From Abditibacterium sp. (GTDB lineage Bacteria; Armatimonadota; Abditibacteriia; Abditibacteriales; Abditibacteriaceae): 64,000 nucleotides of DNA. The translations under genes were made by a program, and so were the position numbers. The stretch is from assembly GCA_965246885.1 (NCBI GenBank), contig OZ251992.1:1760001-1824000 (forward strand), in the 5' to 3' direction. This document shows, in pieces, positions 56,501 to 64,000 of the stretch. The stretch's first letter is position 1, and every line of letters starts with the position of its first letter. The notes under the pieces were generated by a model. It saw only the letters and a program-made list of their open reading frames with translations. It was not told where the DNA came from and did no database searches.

Positions 56501-57323
56501 AGCTCACGCTCGCGGGGCCGTCGGGCGCCGACAACGAGGCGATTAACTCCATCGCGCGCGCCCAATCTTCTGGCACGAACTGCTTTTGCCACTCCCCCAA
56601 GTTGGTCGGCACTTCGTCCGGGGCAAAACCGACGATACGGTAGAACTCCTCGCAGGCATAGCCAGGCGCATCGCGGAAGTCTTCGATTCCGTCGAGCGTC
56701 ACCCACCACCACCCCAAGTGCGTCAAACGCTGCGCTTCTTCGAGATCGTGGCGCGCGCTTTCCAAGGCGCGGGCGTTGTCTTGGGCACGGGCATTGCGTA
56801 GCGCGCCGCGCAAGCAGTGCTCCAAAAGTGGCGCGGACAACTCCTCTTCCAACAAGCAGTCGCTCGCCCCCGCTTCCAAGAGACGCCGCTTGGCGGCCCG
56901 TTTCCCCGTCTCGTTGGCGCAGCGAAGCACGACGACAATGGGCAATGAACTCTTGGCTCGAAAGGCCGCCAACGTCCGAAGACTCTCCGCTTCCCCGGCT
57001 TTCCAAATCAGACAGAGTTCTTCCTCGGCGCTTTCGTGCGACTGGGCCAATGCTCCCAATGCGATGGCGGTTAACTGCGCGGGAACGGGAGGACGCAAAG
57101 GCACGCCCGCGAGGTCGCGCACTCTTTCGACCTTCCACACGCGGGCTTCGGGGGACAGGCGCTCGCTTTCAAGCAACAACGAGCGGGGGCACGAGGATTC
57201 GGAGTCACTTCCGGCCTCGCTCCACAGCCAAACGCGGCACACGAGCGACGCTTCACGGGCTGTTTCGAGAAAAGAAAACGAAACCTCCGCACGCGGGGCA
57301 AGGGGCAAGGCAGCGGGACTCAT
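53580..57323 (-). CDS. multi-PAS diguanylate cyclase/phosphodiesterase (GGDEF-EAL)
   Basis: several PAS repeats (HPDD), DALTGLPNR, RPGD I-site plus GGDEF, AEALVRW, DDFGTGYSSL. Confidence 0.93.
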   Translation of the reverse strand: MSPAALPLAPRAEVSFSFLETAREASLVCRVWLWSEAGSDSESSCPRSLLLESERLSPEARVWKVERVRDLAGVPLRPPVPAQLTAIALGALAQSHESAEEELCLIWKAGEAESLRTLAAFRAKSSLPIVVVLRCANETGKRAAKRRLLEAGASDCLLEEELSAPLLEHCLRGALRNARAQDNARALESARHDLEEAQRLTHLGWWWVTLDGIEDFRDAPGYACEEFYRIVGFAPDEVPTNLGEWQKQFVPEDWARAMELIASLSAPDGPASVSLEHRLFMPDGSQKWVESRAELERDASGVPVRLVGTVLDVSERVLIARRALESERRMHAAVDNSPLVLWQLDPHGVITLARGAALRSMGIKPFDIEGQSIFDTTRGVEAIEQLARRALGGEECEGSGWFGGRFMAVRYAPLPEGGALGVGIDQSETEQVREQWRESERRYASIVANVPGVVYRFVREANGAMRFDFISARAREIWGEEFDWRAGNLAPHLERIHPDDLLGLHTSIEESAHHLSAWDWSGRLLDTDGNWKWVRGASIPWRRDDGATVWDGLVVDETAMRSSQAEVARSRRAFDEAQKLARVGSFDWNIKTGSVEWSTTTFTLFGYEPHSFTPQIETIRDHIHPDDRDLVVSSTERALHTGSDSMLFRIRRVDGQERYLQAYAQVELDADGAPIRYLGSTQDVTEQIWAERALRDSEERYALAARGANDGLWDWNLRTGTIYLSPRWLDMIGCRAPATDHPNEWLQRVHPDDHAELHAKLDAHLRGHSAHFECEYRLKHRDGQWMWMLGRGLAVRDQSGEATRISGSQTDICARKNFEAQLAQSAFYDALTGLPNRALFLDRLERAIARQEHSFAVLFLDLDRFKNINDSLGHLAGDRLLVEAGERFASCLRPGDTVARLGGDEFAVLLEELADEAVIEAVASRIGRELERPFLLEGREVFVTVSMGVAPSQGGPTSAPELLRNADTAMYRAKGLGRARHAIFDASMHQSAVRLLELESDLWRALERCELRVFFQPIVSLDTGRVSAAEALVRWQHPTRGLVSPAEFIPLAEETGLIVPIGWWVLEEACRQGAAWGEDLTIAVNLSSQQFSQGDLLERVADILVRTGFAATRLKLEITESVIMGNAESASQMLRGLRKMGIELAMDDFGTGYSSLSYLHRFPLDVLKIDRSFVAQMGGDARNSQIVGTILSLARGLQMHVVAEGVESKEQLDALRALGCDAAQGFYFARPLPPDEFTALLHQNPCW

Positions 57324-57405
57324 GGAAGGAGGAGCGCGCAGGAACAAGCAGAGTATGCGCGTTTCGCTTTTGAAGCGATTGCACAATTTCGGCCTCTAAA
57401 CGACG

Positions 57406-57432
57406 AAAGCCGCGCCCGAAGGCGCGGCTTTT
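57406..57432. terminator. bidirectional-type terminator after fabI
   Basis: aaagccgcgcc-cgaa-ggcgcggctttt. Confidence 0.7.
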
Positions 57433-57446
57433 CCCTTAAAATTCTG

Positions 57447-58223
57447 TTACATCCCCAGAATCTGGTATCCGCCGTCCACATACAGCACTTGTCCGGTCAT
57501 GTGCTGGCTGGCGTCGGACGCCAGAAACAGGCCCGTCCCGCCCAGAGCGCTCGCTTCGGCGGGCCAAGGGATGGGGGCTTTGGACTGCACGTGCGACACC
57601 ATCGTTTTGAAGCCCGCTATTCCTGCGCCCGCGAGGGTTTTGGTTGGCCCCGCCGAGATGCAGTTGACGCGGATGCGCTTTGGCCCCAGTTCGTGCGCGA
57701 GGTAGCGCGCGGTCGCTTCGAGTCCGGCCTTGGCCACGCCCATGACGTTGTAGTTGGGCACGACCTTCTCGCTGCCCAAATACGTCATGGCGACGATGGA
57801 GCCGCCATCGGTCATAAGCGGCAGGGCGTACTGCGCCATCGCAATGAGGGAGTAGGTCGAAACGTCGAGGGCGACGCGAAACGCTTCGCGGGTGGTTTGC
57901 GAGAACGGCTCGGAAAGGGCTTCCTTGGGCGCGAAAGCGACGGCATGAAGCACCAAGTCCACGCGGTCGGTTTTAGTGCGCACGTACTCGAAGAACGATT
58001 CGAGTTCCTCGTCCTTGGAAACATCGCACGGCGCGAGGGCCACTTCGCCGCCAAAGGTCGCGGCTAACTCTTCGACGTTTTCTTTGAGGCGCTCGCCTTG
58101 ATAGTTGAAGATCAGGGTCGCGCCCGCCTCATGCCACGCTTGCGCAATGGCCCACGCGATGGAGCGTTTGTTCGCCACACCAAAAACAAGGCCCACTTTT
58201 CCGGCCAACGGTTTGTCATTCAT
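57447..58223 (-). CDS. fabI: enoyl-[acyl-carrier-protein] reductase FabI
   Basis: GVANKRSIAWAIA, YQGERL, TYLG, NYNVMGVAKA, ISAGP. Confidence 0.95.
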   Translation of the reverse strand: MNDKPLAGKVGLVFGVANKRSIAWAIAQAWHEAGATLIFNYQGERLKENVEELAATFGGEVALAPCDVSKDEELESFFEYVRTKTDRVDLVLHAVAFAPKEALSEPFSQTTREAFRVALDVSTYSLIAMAQYALPLMTDGGSIVAMTYLGSEKVVPNYNVMGVAKAGLEATARYLAHELGPKRIRVNCISAGPTKTLAGAGIAGFKTMVSHVQSKAPIPWPAEASALGGTGLFLASDASQHMTGQVLYVDGGYQILGM

Positions 58224-58271
58224 CAGGGTTTATTTTAGAACAAGGGCGCTGGGGCGCCCTCAGAGGGTGCT

Positions 58272-59675
58272 TTAGTAGCGGGTGCGCAGCGCGTTGCGGC
58301 GTTGCTCGTTGAAAAAGTCGGGGTCGCCGAAGATATACATGCGCACCACGCGGTTGTTGCGGATGGTGAACACAGCGTTGTAGGACTGGTCGTAGCGCAG
58401 GTCGTAGGTGCGGTAGGCGCCGTTGTCGGGCGAAGTGGTGGCGCCGCCCGCCGCTCCGCCCACTGCCGCGCCAACGGCGGCTCCGGCGCGCGCGGCGGAG
58501 CCCGGATTGGCACCCCCGGCAGTGGCGCCCGCCGCGATATTAGCACCCACAGCAGCCCCAACAGCCGCGCCCGTTGCGGCGCCTCCTCCGCCCCCACCGC
58601 CGGGAGTGCCGGTGACGGAGTTCGCCGACGCGACATCGGCGCCAAGGGGCACAATGTCGTCGGGGTAGCCGTAACGGTTCATCACTTTGCGGAAGTCGTC
58701 GCCGAGCTTGACGGTGTGGATGGGGTCTTCCTGCTGAGTGCGCGCGATGGGCGAAGTGATGCCCGCCACAATCACCGCTTCGCAAAAGCCGAACTTATCT
58801 ACCACAAAGCCCATCGCATAGGTTTCGCGCTTGTACAGCCACTCGACTTGGTTGGGCGACAGTTGGACAGTGACAGCCAAAGCCCAGTCGGGCAAGCCCC
58901 CGTTGGGCGTTGAGCCGGGAAAAAGCACCGCCGCTTCGGGGGGCTTTTGCGGCAACGTGAGGTTAGTGGAAGTGATGGTAGTGGTCGTCGCACCCGCATC
59001 CGCCCCGCCACCGGGTGCTCCACCGCCGGGCGCTCCGCCGCCGCCTGCCGGGGCAGCGCCACCCGCTCCGGCGCCGCCGCCAGTTGCGGCGCTCACGACT
59101 GGCACCACGACGGCGGTGGGGTTGCCATGAATGGCGAACAGGCCGTAGCGGTCAATGCGGTTGAAGCGGTCTTTGTCCACTGCTTTGGTGCCCAAGCCGA
59201 TGCCGCACAGTTGGAACTCCAACGGGTAGCGCACCCACGAGGGCACAACGGTGCGCGCTCCGCCACGCCTGCCGCCGCGCCCCGTCGAAGGCACCGCCGC
59301 CGGGGGCAACGGGCGCGGGAACCCTTGCGCCAAATACACTGGCGCTTTGCGCTTGGCACCCGCCTTGGGAAAGCGCGGCGCTTCAAATGTGGGAGCCGTA
59401 AACAGGTTCTTCATCGGGCGCTTGATGGCCTCGCCCTGCCAGAACGGTCGAAAGCCCGGCAACGGCTCCTCCTGATACTCGCGCTGCAAGCGCATGATTG
59501 TGTCATAGGACACGTAGCGCGGCAGCTTTGACTGGTCGAGGGGCGCGGGACACGCGGCGGCGCGAACCGCTTTGTGCGCCGTTTTGCGACCGTGCTTGTG
59601 GGCGCGCGGCGCGGCCAGCACAAGCGGGCACAAGGAAAGCGCGACCAAGGGTGCGATGCGAGAAGTGGATTTCAT
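58272..59675 (-). CDS. hypothetical exported protein with Gly/Ala-rich linkers
   Basis: signal peptide; long ORF with typical high-GC codon use. Confidence 0.7.
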   Translation of the reverse strand: MKSTSRIAPLVALSLCPLVLAAPRAHKHGRKTAHKAVRAAACPAPLDQSKLPRYVSYDTIMRLQREYQEEPLPGFRPFWQGEAIKRPMKNLFTAPTFEAPRFPKAGAKRKAPVYLAQGFPRPLPPAAVPSTGRGGRRGGARTVVPSWVRYPLEFQLCGIGLGTKAVDKDRFNRIDRYGLFAIHGNPTAVVVPVVSAATGGGAGAGGAAPAGGGGAPGGGAPGGGADAGATTTTITSTNLTLPQKPPEAAVLFPGSTPNGGLPDWALAVTVQLSPNQVEWLYKRETYAMGFVVDKFGFCEAVIVAGITSPIARTQQEDPIHTVKLGDDFRKVMNRYGYPDDIVPLGADVASANSVTGTPGGGGGGGAATGAAVGAAVGANIAAGATAGGANPGSAARAGAAVGAAVGGAAGGATTSPDNGAYRTYDLRYDQSYNAVFTIRNNRVVRMYIFGDPDFFNEQRRNALRTRY

Positions 59676-59801
59676 GGATTCGTGTTCAAGCGGTCTGCTG
59701 TTCGTCCGGTCTGCGCCCAAAGCGCAAAATGTGGCGCGGAAGGCGCCAGTTTAATCCGCTCCCACATTCCGGGGCGCGCGCCGCTCTTTCGGGGGCCTTC
59801 C

Positions 59802-62435
59802 TCAGCCCTCGCCTTGCACCGCGAGGGCACCTGAGGGGTAGAACGGCGAGTTGGACAGCCGCACGCCGCGCTGCGCGCCCACCAGTTTCCACGCGCCGCT
59901 TGTATGGTCGCCGCCCAAGTGGAACTTCGTGCCCGGCGCGTCGCACCAAAACGTCAGTTTGTCACCCTCCACCAGCAACTCCCACGCCCCGCCGCGCGCC
60001 CATAACTCAAGCAAACGCCGCGCGCCCAGCCGGATTTGCAAGGGCGTTTCCGCACTTTGCGCCGCGCTTTTAACCGGGGTGAGGCCGAAGTCATCCAAGC
60101 GGAACTGCGGAGGCGTGTGCCCGACAAAGCGCGGGTCGAGGCCCGCCACTTCGTCCGTGTTGCGGGTATCGCTCGCCATTTTGACGAGGAAACGGCGGCT
60201 TTGCGCGAGGGGTTGCCCATCGAGCGACAGGGCCACCAGCGCGCCATCTGTCCCGCCCTCCACTTGCAAGCCGTCCGCAAAACCGTGCGCGCCGCGCAGA
60301 TCGCCCGCCAGCAGTTGCGCGCGCGGCGTTTCAAGGGAGAAGCGCCCCGTTGCGGCGTCGCGCCGCACTTCCCGCGTGTCCGAGCGAAACACCCCCCGCG
60401 CCGCTTCGCGCGGGTCGAAGGCGATCTTCCCGCTCAGCTTGAGCGCATCCAGCGCCGCGCCCAGCACTTCGTCGCGCCTAAGCTCCGTCCACGCGAGGCG
60501 CTTGGCTCCGGCATCCCACACGCCGTGCGAAAGCGTTTGCGATTCGTTCTCCCCTTCGGGCACCATGCCCCGCGCACGCAACACCCCCGAATCCAGCGCC
60601 ATCGCGCGCAAGCGGTCACGGCCCCCGACGGCATCGAACAATACTCCGCCATACGCGAAATACACCCCGCTCGTCGCGCGCGGTATCAGGCCCAAATCCC
60701 GCCAAAACGCGGGCGACCACGCCCCGTTCCCGGCGCCGTCCAAACGCAGGTCGCGGCCATAGAGGAGGCTGGGCGCGCCGGAATAATGCCCCGTCGCGCT
60801 GCGACCCGTTGGCAGGATGAGGTCGGCTCCGGGCGGCGCGACGAACTCCTCGCCCTCGAAGGCGATGTTCTCGACCCGCGCCGTCCACCCCAAGTTGTAA
60901 AGCGGGTTATACGGCTTCTCGTAGGTGAACAGATCGGTTTGGGAGTAGGGCACCACGACGCGGTTGCGCAGCGTCTGGGCCAAGCCGCCGCGAAAAATCT
61001 GCCCGCCGACTGCCGCCATGCCCCAGCGCGCCGGGTCGCTTCGCACGTTGAAATACCCCACGCGCGCCGTCGGCTCCGTCTCGTAGCCAAAGAGTATCAG
61101 CGCGTCCATGTCCTGCATCGCCGCGAAAGTGGCGGCTTCCAAAACGCCCGCCGCGCGGTGCGGATTGGGCCAGCAGTAGTTCCACTCGCGCACCACGAAC
61201 GGCTTACCCGCCACGCGCGCCAGCCCCAGCGTCGCCGCCATAGACTGCTCGCCCACGTCGGACACCGGATTTTTGCCATGATAAAACGACGGCAATTTCC
61301 ACTGCTGCGCCCCAGTCGCCCAATACGGATGATCGTAGTAGAAGTTGCACCCAATAAAGTCGAGTTCCTGCGCTTGGCTTTGCAAATCCGGCAGATCATC
61401 GTAGCGCCCCGTCGCACAAAGCGGGATTTTAATCTTCAGTTCGTCGCGCAAAAACGTCCGCATTTGGGCGAAATACGCGCGGTGCAAGTCGTACGCGAAG
61501 CGCGCCCCATCGAACTTGCGAGCGCCCGACGCGAACGGCAAGTCGGCGCTTTTGAGTTGCTCCGGCGTCCACGTCATCGCGGGCAGTTCGACGCTGCCAT
61601 TTTCGAGCGACTCGTTCGGCCCCAGCGACGACACGCCGTCTTTTGTCCAAGCCGCGCGCAACTTCTCGTTCGTGCCGTAGCGCGCACGGAGCCACCCGTT
61701 CCATTTGGCCTTGAACTCGCCCGCGTATGGCGGGGGCATCGAGCGCCACAAAGCGCGCCGCATGAACAGCCCGTTTTCGTCGTAGATTTCCAGCATCACG
61801 ACGGTCGGATCGTCCGCGTAGCACAGGCCCGTATAAGCGTTGCGGTGCGCCCGCATCAGGGCGCGAGCGTACTCCTTCTGGAGCGCGATGAGTTTGGGAT
61901 CGAAGACGGCGTAGGGCTTGGCGCTCCGTCCGATGGCGTCGGCGCTGCGCACGCCGTCACCCGCTTTGAACTGGCGGTAGTCGAGCAGGTCGAGATAGAT
62001 GTAAATCCCGTTCTTGCGGGCCTCGCTAATCCAGAAATCGAGCTTGCGCAGACGCTTGGCGTCGAAGTGGCGCGAGTCGGGGCGGGATTGGTCAATGATG
62101 CCGCCGCGCTCATCGAAGTGATGGAGGCGCACCAAATTAAATCCTGCCGCGCGGAAGTTACGGAGCATCGCCACGATGTGGGCATCGGATTCTTGGAGCG
62201 TGGTATTGGCGACGTTGATGCCCCAAAAGCGCGCGCGTGTCCCGTCGCCCCACGCGAAATGCGCGCCGTCCACTCGCAAGAACCCCTTGGCTCCGGCGGG
62301 CGCGGGCACGGAATCGGACAAGTCGGCGAGACTGGCGCGCGGGAAGGGGGTGGCGTTGGGGTCGAGAACCGGAAAGTCCGCCCGTGCACGAAGACCGCAG
62401 CAAAGCACGCACAAAAGCAGGAAGAAGCGACGCAT
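59802..62435 (-). CDS. secreted clan-A-like glycoside hydrolase (family uncertain)
   Basis: RFWGIN, GFNLVRLHH, GIYIYLDL, N.YTG..YADDP, KPFVVREWN. Confidence 0.75.
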   Translation of the reverse strand: MRRFFLLLCVLCCGLRARADFPVLDPNATPFPRASLADLSDSVPAPAGAKGFLRVDGAHFAWGDGTRARFWGINVANTTLQESDAHIVAMLRNFRAAGFNLVRLHHFDERGGIIDQSRPDSRHFDAKRLRKLDFWISEARKNGIYIYLDLLDYRQFKAGDGVRSADAIGRSAKPYAVFDPKLIALQKEYARALMRAHRNAYTGLCYADDPTVVMLEIYDENGLFMRRALWRSMPPPYAGEFKAKWNGWLRARYGTNEKLRAAWTKDGVSSLGPNESLENGSVELPAMTWTPEQLKSADLPFASGARKFDGARFAYDLHRAYFAQMRTFLRDELKIKIPLCATGRYDDLPDLQSQAQELDFIGCNFYYDHPYWATGAQQWKLPSFYHGKNPVSDVGEQSMAATLGLARVAGKPFVVREWNYCWPNPHRAAGVLEAATFAAMQDMDALILFGYETEPTARVGYFNVRSDPARWGMAAVGGQIFRGGLAQTLRNRVVVPYSQTDLFTYEKPYNPLYNLGWTARVENIAFEGEEFVAPPGADLILPTGRSATGHYSGAPSLLYGRDLRLDGAGNGAWSPAFWRDLGLIPRATSGVYFAYGGVLFDAVGGRDRLRAMALDSGVLRARGMVPEGENESQTLSHGVWDAGAKRLAWTELRRDEVLGAALDALKLSGKIAFDPREAARGVFRSDTREVRRDAATGRFSLETPRAQLLAGDLRGAHGFADGLQVEGGTDGALVALSLDGQPLAQSRRFLVKMASDTRNTDEVAGLDPRFVGHTPPQFRLDDFGLTPVKSAAQSAETPLQIRLGARRLLELWARGGAWELLVEGDKLTFWCDAPGTKFHLGGDHTSGAWKLVGAQRGVRLSNSPFYPSGALAVQGEG

Positions 62436-62906
62436 CTAATCCTCCGGCACGACGGCCTCGTCTATGACGGACTCGCTCGCGGCGAAAAAGCCGATGCCGC
62501 GCGCCGCCAGCGCCGACGCAACCAACGCCAACAAGAGCAGATACCCCACGCGCAAGGTTTCCTGCCCAAACACGACAAGGGTGGCTTGGAGCACCTTGGC
62601 GACGTTGTTCGGGGCGTCCAAGACGCCCGTTCCCGGCGAGTCCTGAATCCGGTTGACCTGCATGTTGAGAAATCCGGGTTGCGAGAACTCTTTAAGCGCC
62701 GCCAGCGCCTGCCAGAAGACATAGAAGAGCAGGGCGACGCCGAGCGCGAAAATGGACAGCCCGACCCAGCGCGCGATGCGCCGCCAGCGCGAACCGGTGC
62801 GGCGGGCGAGGGCGCGTTCGCCTGCATAGGGGGAAGGGGAGTCCGCTTCGATGGCCCCAGAAGAGGGGGGCACGTCGCGTGCGGCGGCGACAAGTTTTTC
62901 GGACAT
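62436..62906 (-). CDS. hypothetical membrane protein
   Basis: two hydrophobic segments; abuts the glycoside hydrolase gene; start may be as far up as 62954. Confidence 0.6.
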   Translation of the reverse strand: MSEKLVAAARDVPPSSGAIEADSPSPYAGERALARRTGSRWRRIARWVGLSIFALGVALLFYVFWQALAALKEFSQPGFLNMQVNRIQDSPGTGVLDAPNNVAKVLQATLVVFGQETLRVGYLLLLALVASALAARGIGFFAASESVIDEAVVPED

Positions 62907-62959
62907 ATTGGTTGGGAGCAAGCCGTCAAAGTTTAGCGGAGCGCCGTCCGTCACTCCGC

Positions 62960-63058
62960 GCCGGACGTCCCTCCCTTGCTGACAGACGTCTGTCGTCCAT
63001 CCCCAGACGTCTGTCGGCCACTCCCAGACGTCCGTTTGTCCGTGACAGACGTCTCTCT
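62960..63058. repeat. five GACGTC-cored units at 21-bp spacing
   Basis: cggacgtcc, cagacgtctg, cagacgtctg, cagacgtcc, cagacgtctc in the divergent intergenic region before mutL. Confidence 0.8.
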
Positions 63059-63114
63059 TCGCGCTTTTTCATCAAGTCGAATGAAACGGCGCTAAACTTC
63101 GGGGATAACAGATT

Positions 63115-64000
63115 ATGGCACAACGAATCCGGCAGCTGCCGCCCGATGTAGCGAACAAAATCGCGGCGGGCGAAGTGGTGGAGCGGCCCGCCAATGCCGT
63201 CAAGGAACTCATCGAGAACGCCCTCGACGCGGGCGCGCGCCGCATTTCCATTGACATTGAGGAGGGCGGCAAAAAGCTCATCCGCGTGCGCGACGACGGA
63301 AGCGGCATGAGCGCGCAAGATGCGGTTTTGTGCTTGCAACGCCACGCGACCAGCAAAATTCAAGAGGCCGACGACTTATGGCGCATCTCCACGCTTGGCT
63401 TCCGGGGCGAAGCGATGCCCAGTTTGGCGGCGGTGTCGCGCATGGAAATCACCACGCGCGAAGAAGGCGCCGAGTCGGGCACGCGTTTGGTCGTGGAAGC
63501 GGGCGAGGTCTTGGGCGTCGAAGAGATCGGCTGCGCTCCGGGAACCGAAATCACCGTGCGCGGCCTGTTCTTCAACACGCCCGCGCGCTTTAAATTCCTC
63601 AAATCGGATAGCGCCGAAGCCGCGCGCATTTCCGAGATGGTCGGGCACCTCGCGCTCGCGTATCCGCATGTCGCGTTCGTGCTCAAGCACAATGGCAACG
63701 AGAGCTTGCGCGTCGAAGCCGGAGGCGATGCCTTCAACGCCCTTGTGTCAGTGTGGGGCCGCGACACGGCGCGCGCCATGATGCCCATTTCGACGAGCGA
63801 GGAGTTCCCCAACATGAAAGTCACCGGCTTCGCGGGCCGCCCGCAGTTCACGCGCGCCAATCGCAAGGGGCAGTTAGTATTCGTCAACGGGCGCGCCGTG
63901 ACCAGCCGCGCTCTCCAGCACGCGTTTGGTGCCGCCTACGAAGGGCTAATTCACGGGCGCGACCGCTATCCGGTCGGGCTTATCTTTTTGCACGTCGCGC
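63115..64000 (+). CDS. mutL: DNA mismatch repair protein MutL, 5' part; truncated by window end
   Basis: IAAGEVVERPANAVKELIENALDAGA, DDGSGM, HATSKI, LGFRGEA, LFFNTPAR. Confidence 0.96.
   Translation, partial: MAQRIRQLPPDVANKIAAGEVVERPANAVKELIENALDAGARRISIDIEEGGKKLIRVRDDGSGMSAQDAVLCLQRHATSKIQEADDLWRISTLGFRGEAMPSLAAVSRMEITTREEGAESGTRLVVEAGEVLGVEEIGCAPGTEITVRGLFFNTPARFKFLKSDSAEAARISEMVGHLALAYPHVAFVLKHNGNESLRVEAGGDAFNALVSVWGRDTARAMMPISTSEEFPNMKVTGFAGRPQFTRANRKGQLVFVNGRAVTSRALQHAFGAAYEGLIHGRDRYPVGLIFLHVA

Noticed and set aside
60036..62936. 966-aa plus-strand ORF
   Set aside because: Antisense shadow of the high-GC glycoside hydrolase gene; Arg/Ala-rich with no recognisable motifs.
62960..63058. 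Mini-CRISPR
   Set aside because: Cores (about 10 bp) and linkers (about 11 bp) are far shorter than CRISPR repeats and spacers.

Overview
A GC-rich bacterial chromosomal segment. Gene content (kdsB with GT9, short Zn-type S14, YsnF- and Uma2-like genes) suggests an Abditibacteriota/Armatimonadota-like diderm, but this is inference only. It carries housekeeping genes (guaA 3' end, hpt, rho, recA, argJ, kdsB, uppS, frr, ruvA, menG/ubiE, fabI, mutL 5' end), carbohydrate and envelope enzymes, a large PAS-GGDEF-EAL protein, tRNA-Ser(GCT) and the tuf-S10-spc ribosomal protein cluster on the minus strand (34935-48748). No CRISPR array, integrase or transposase is visible. The main observations are: (1) rtcB sits behind a perfect sigma70 promoter, a 32-codon leader ORF and an intrinsic terminator, back-to-back with a stand-alone CARF-like gene; (2) the ribosomal superoperon is repeatedly interrupted by co-oriented foreign or small genes, including an Imm22-like immunity gene, transaldolase plus tRNA-Ser, and a VapBC-like cassette flanked by a duplicated rplO 3' end and terminator; (3) rpsE and rpmD overlap by 146 nt; (4) several dispersed repeat families occur (21-nt-periodic GACGTC-cored arrays, 7-nt-unit hairpins, GTAG REP doublets); (5) many genes have a -10 box 6-10 nt before the start codon. 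All protein family calls come from motif recognition by eye, not database searches.
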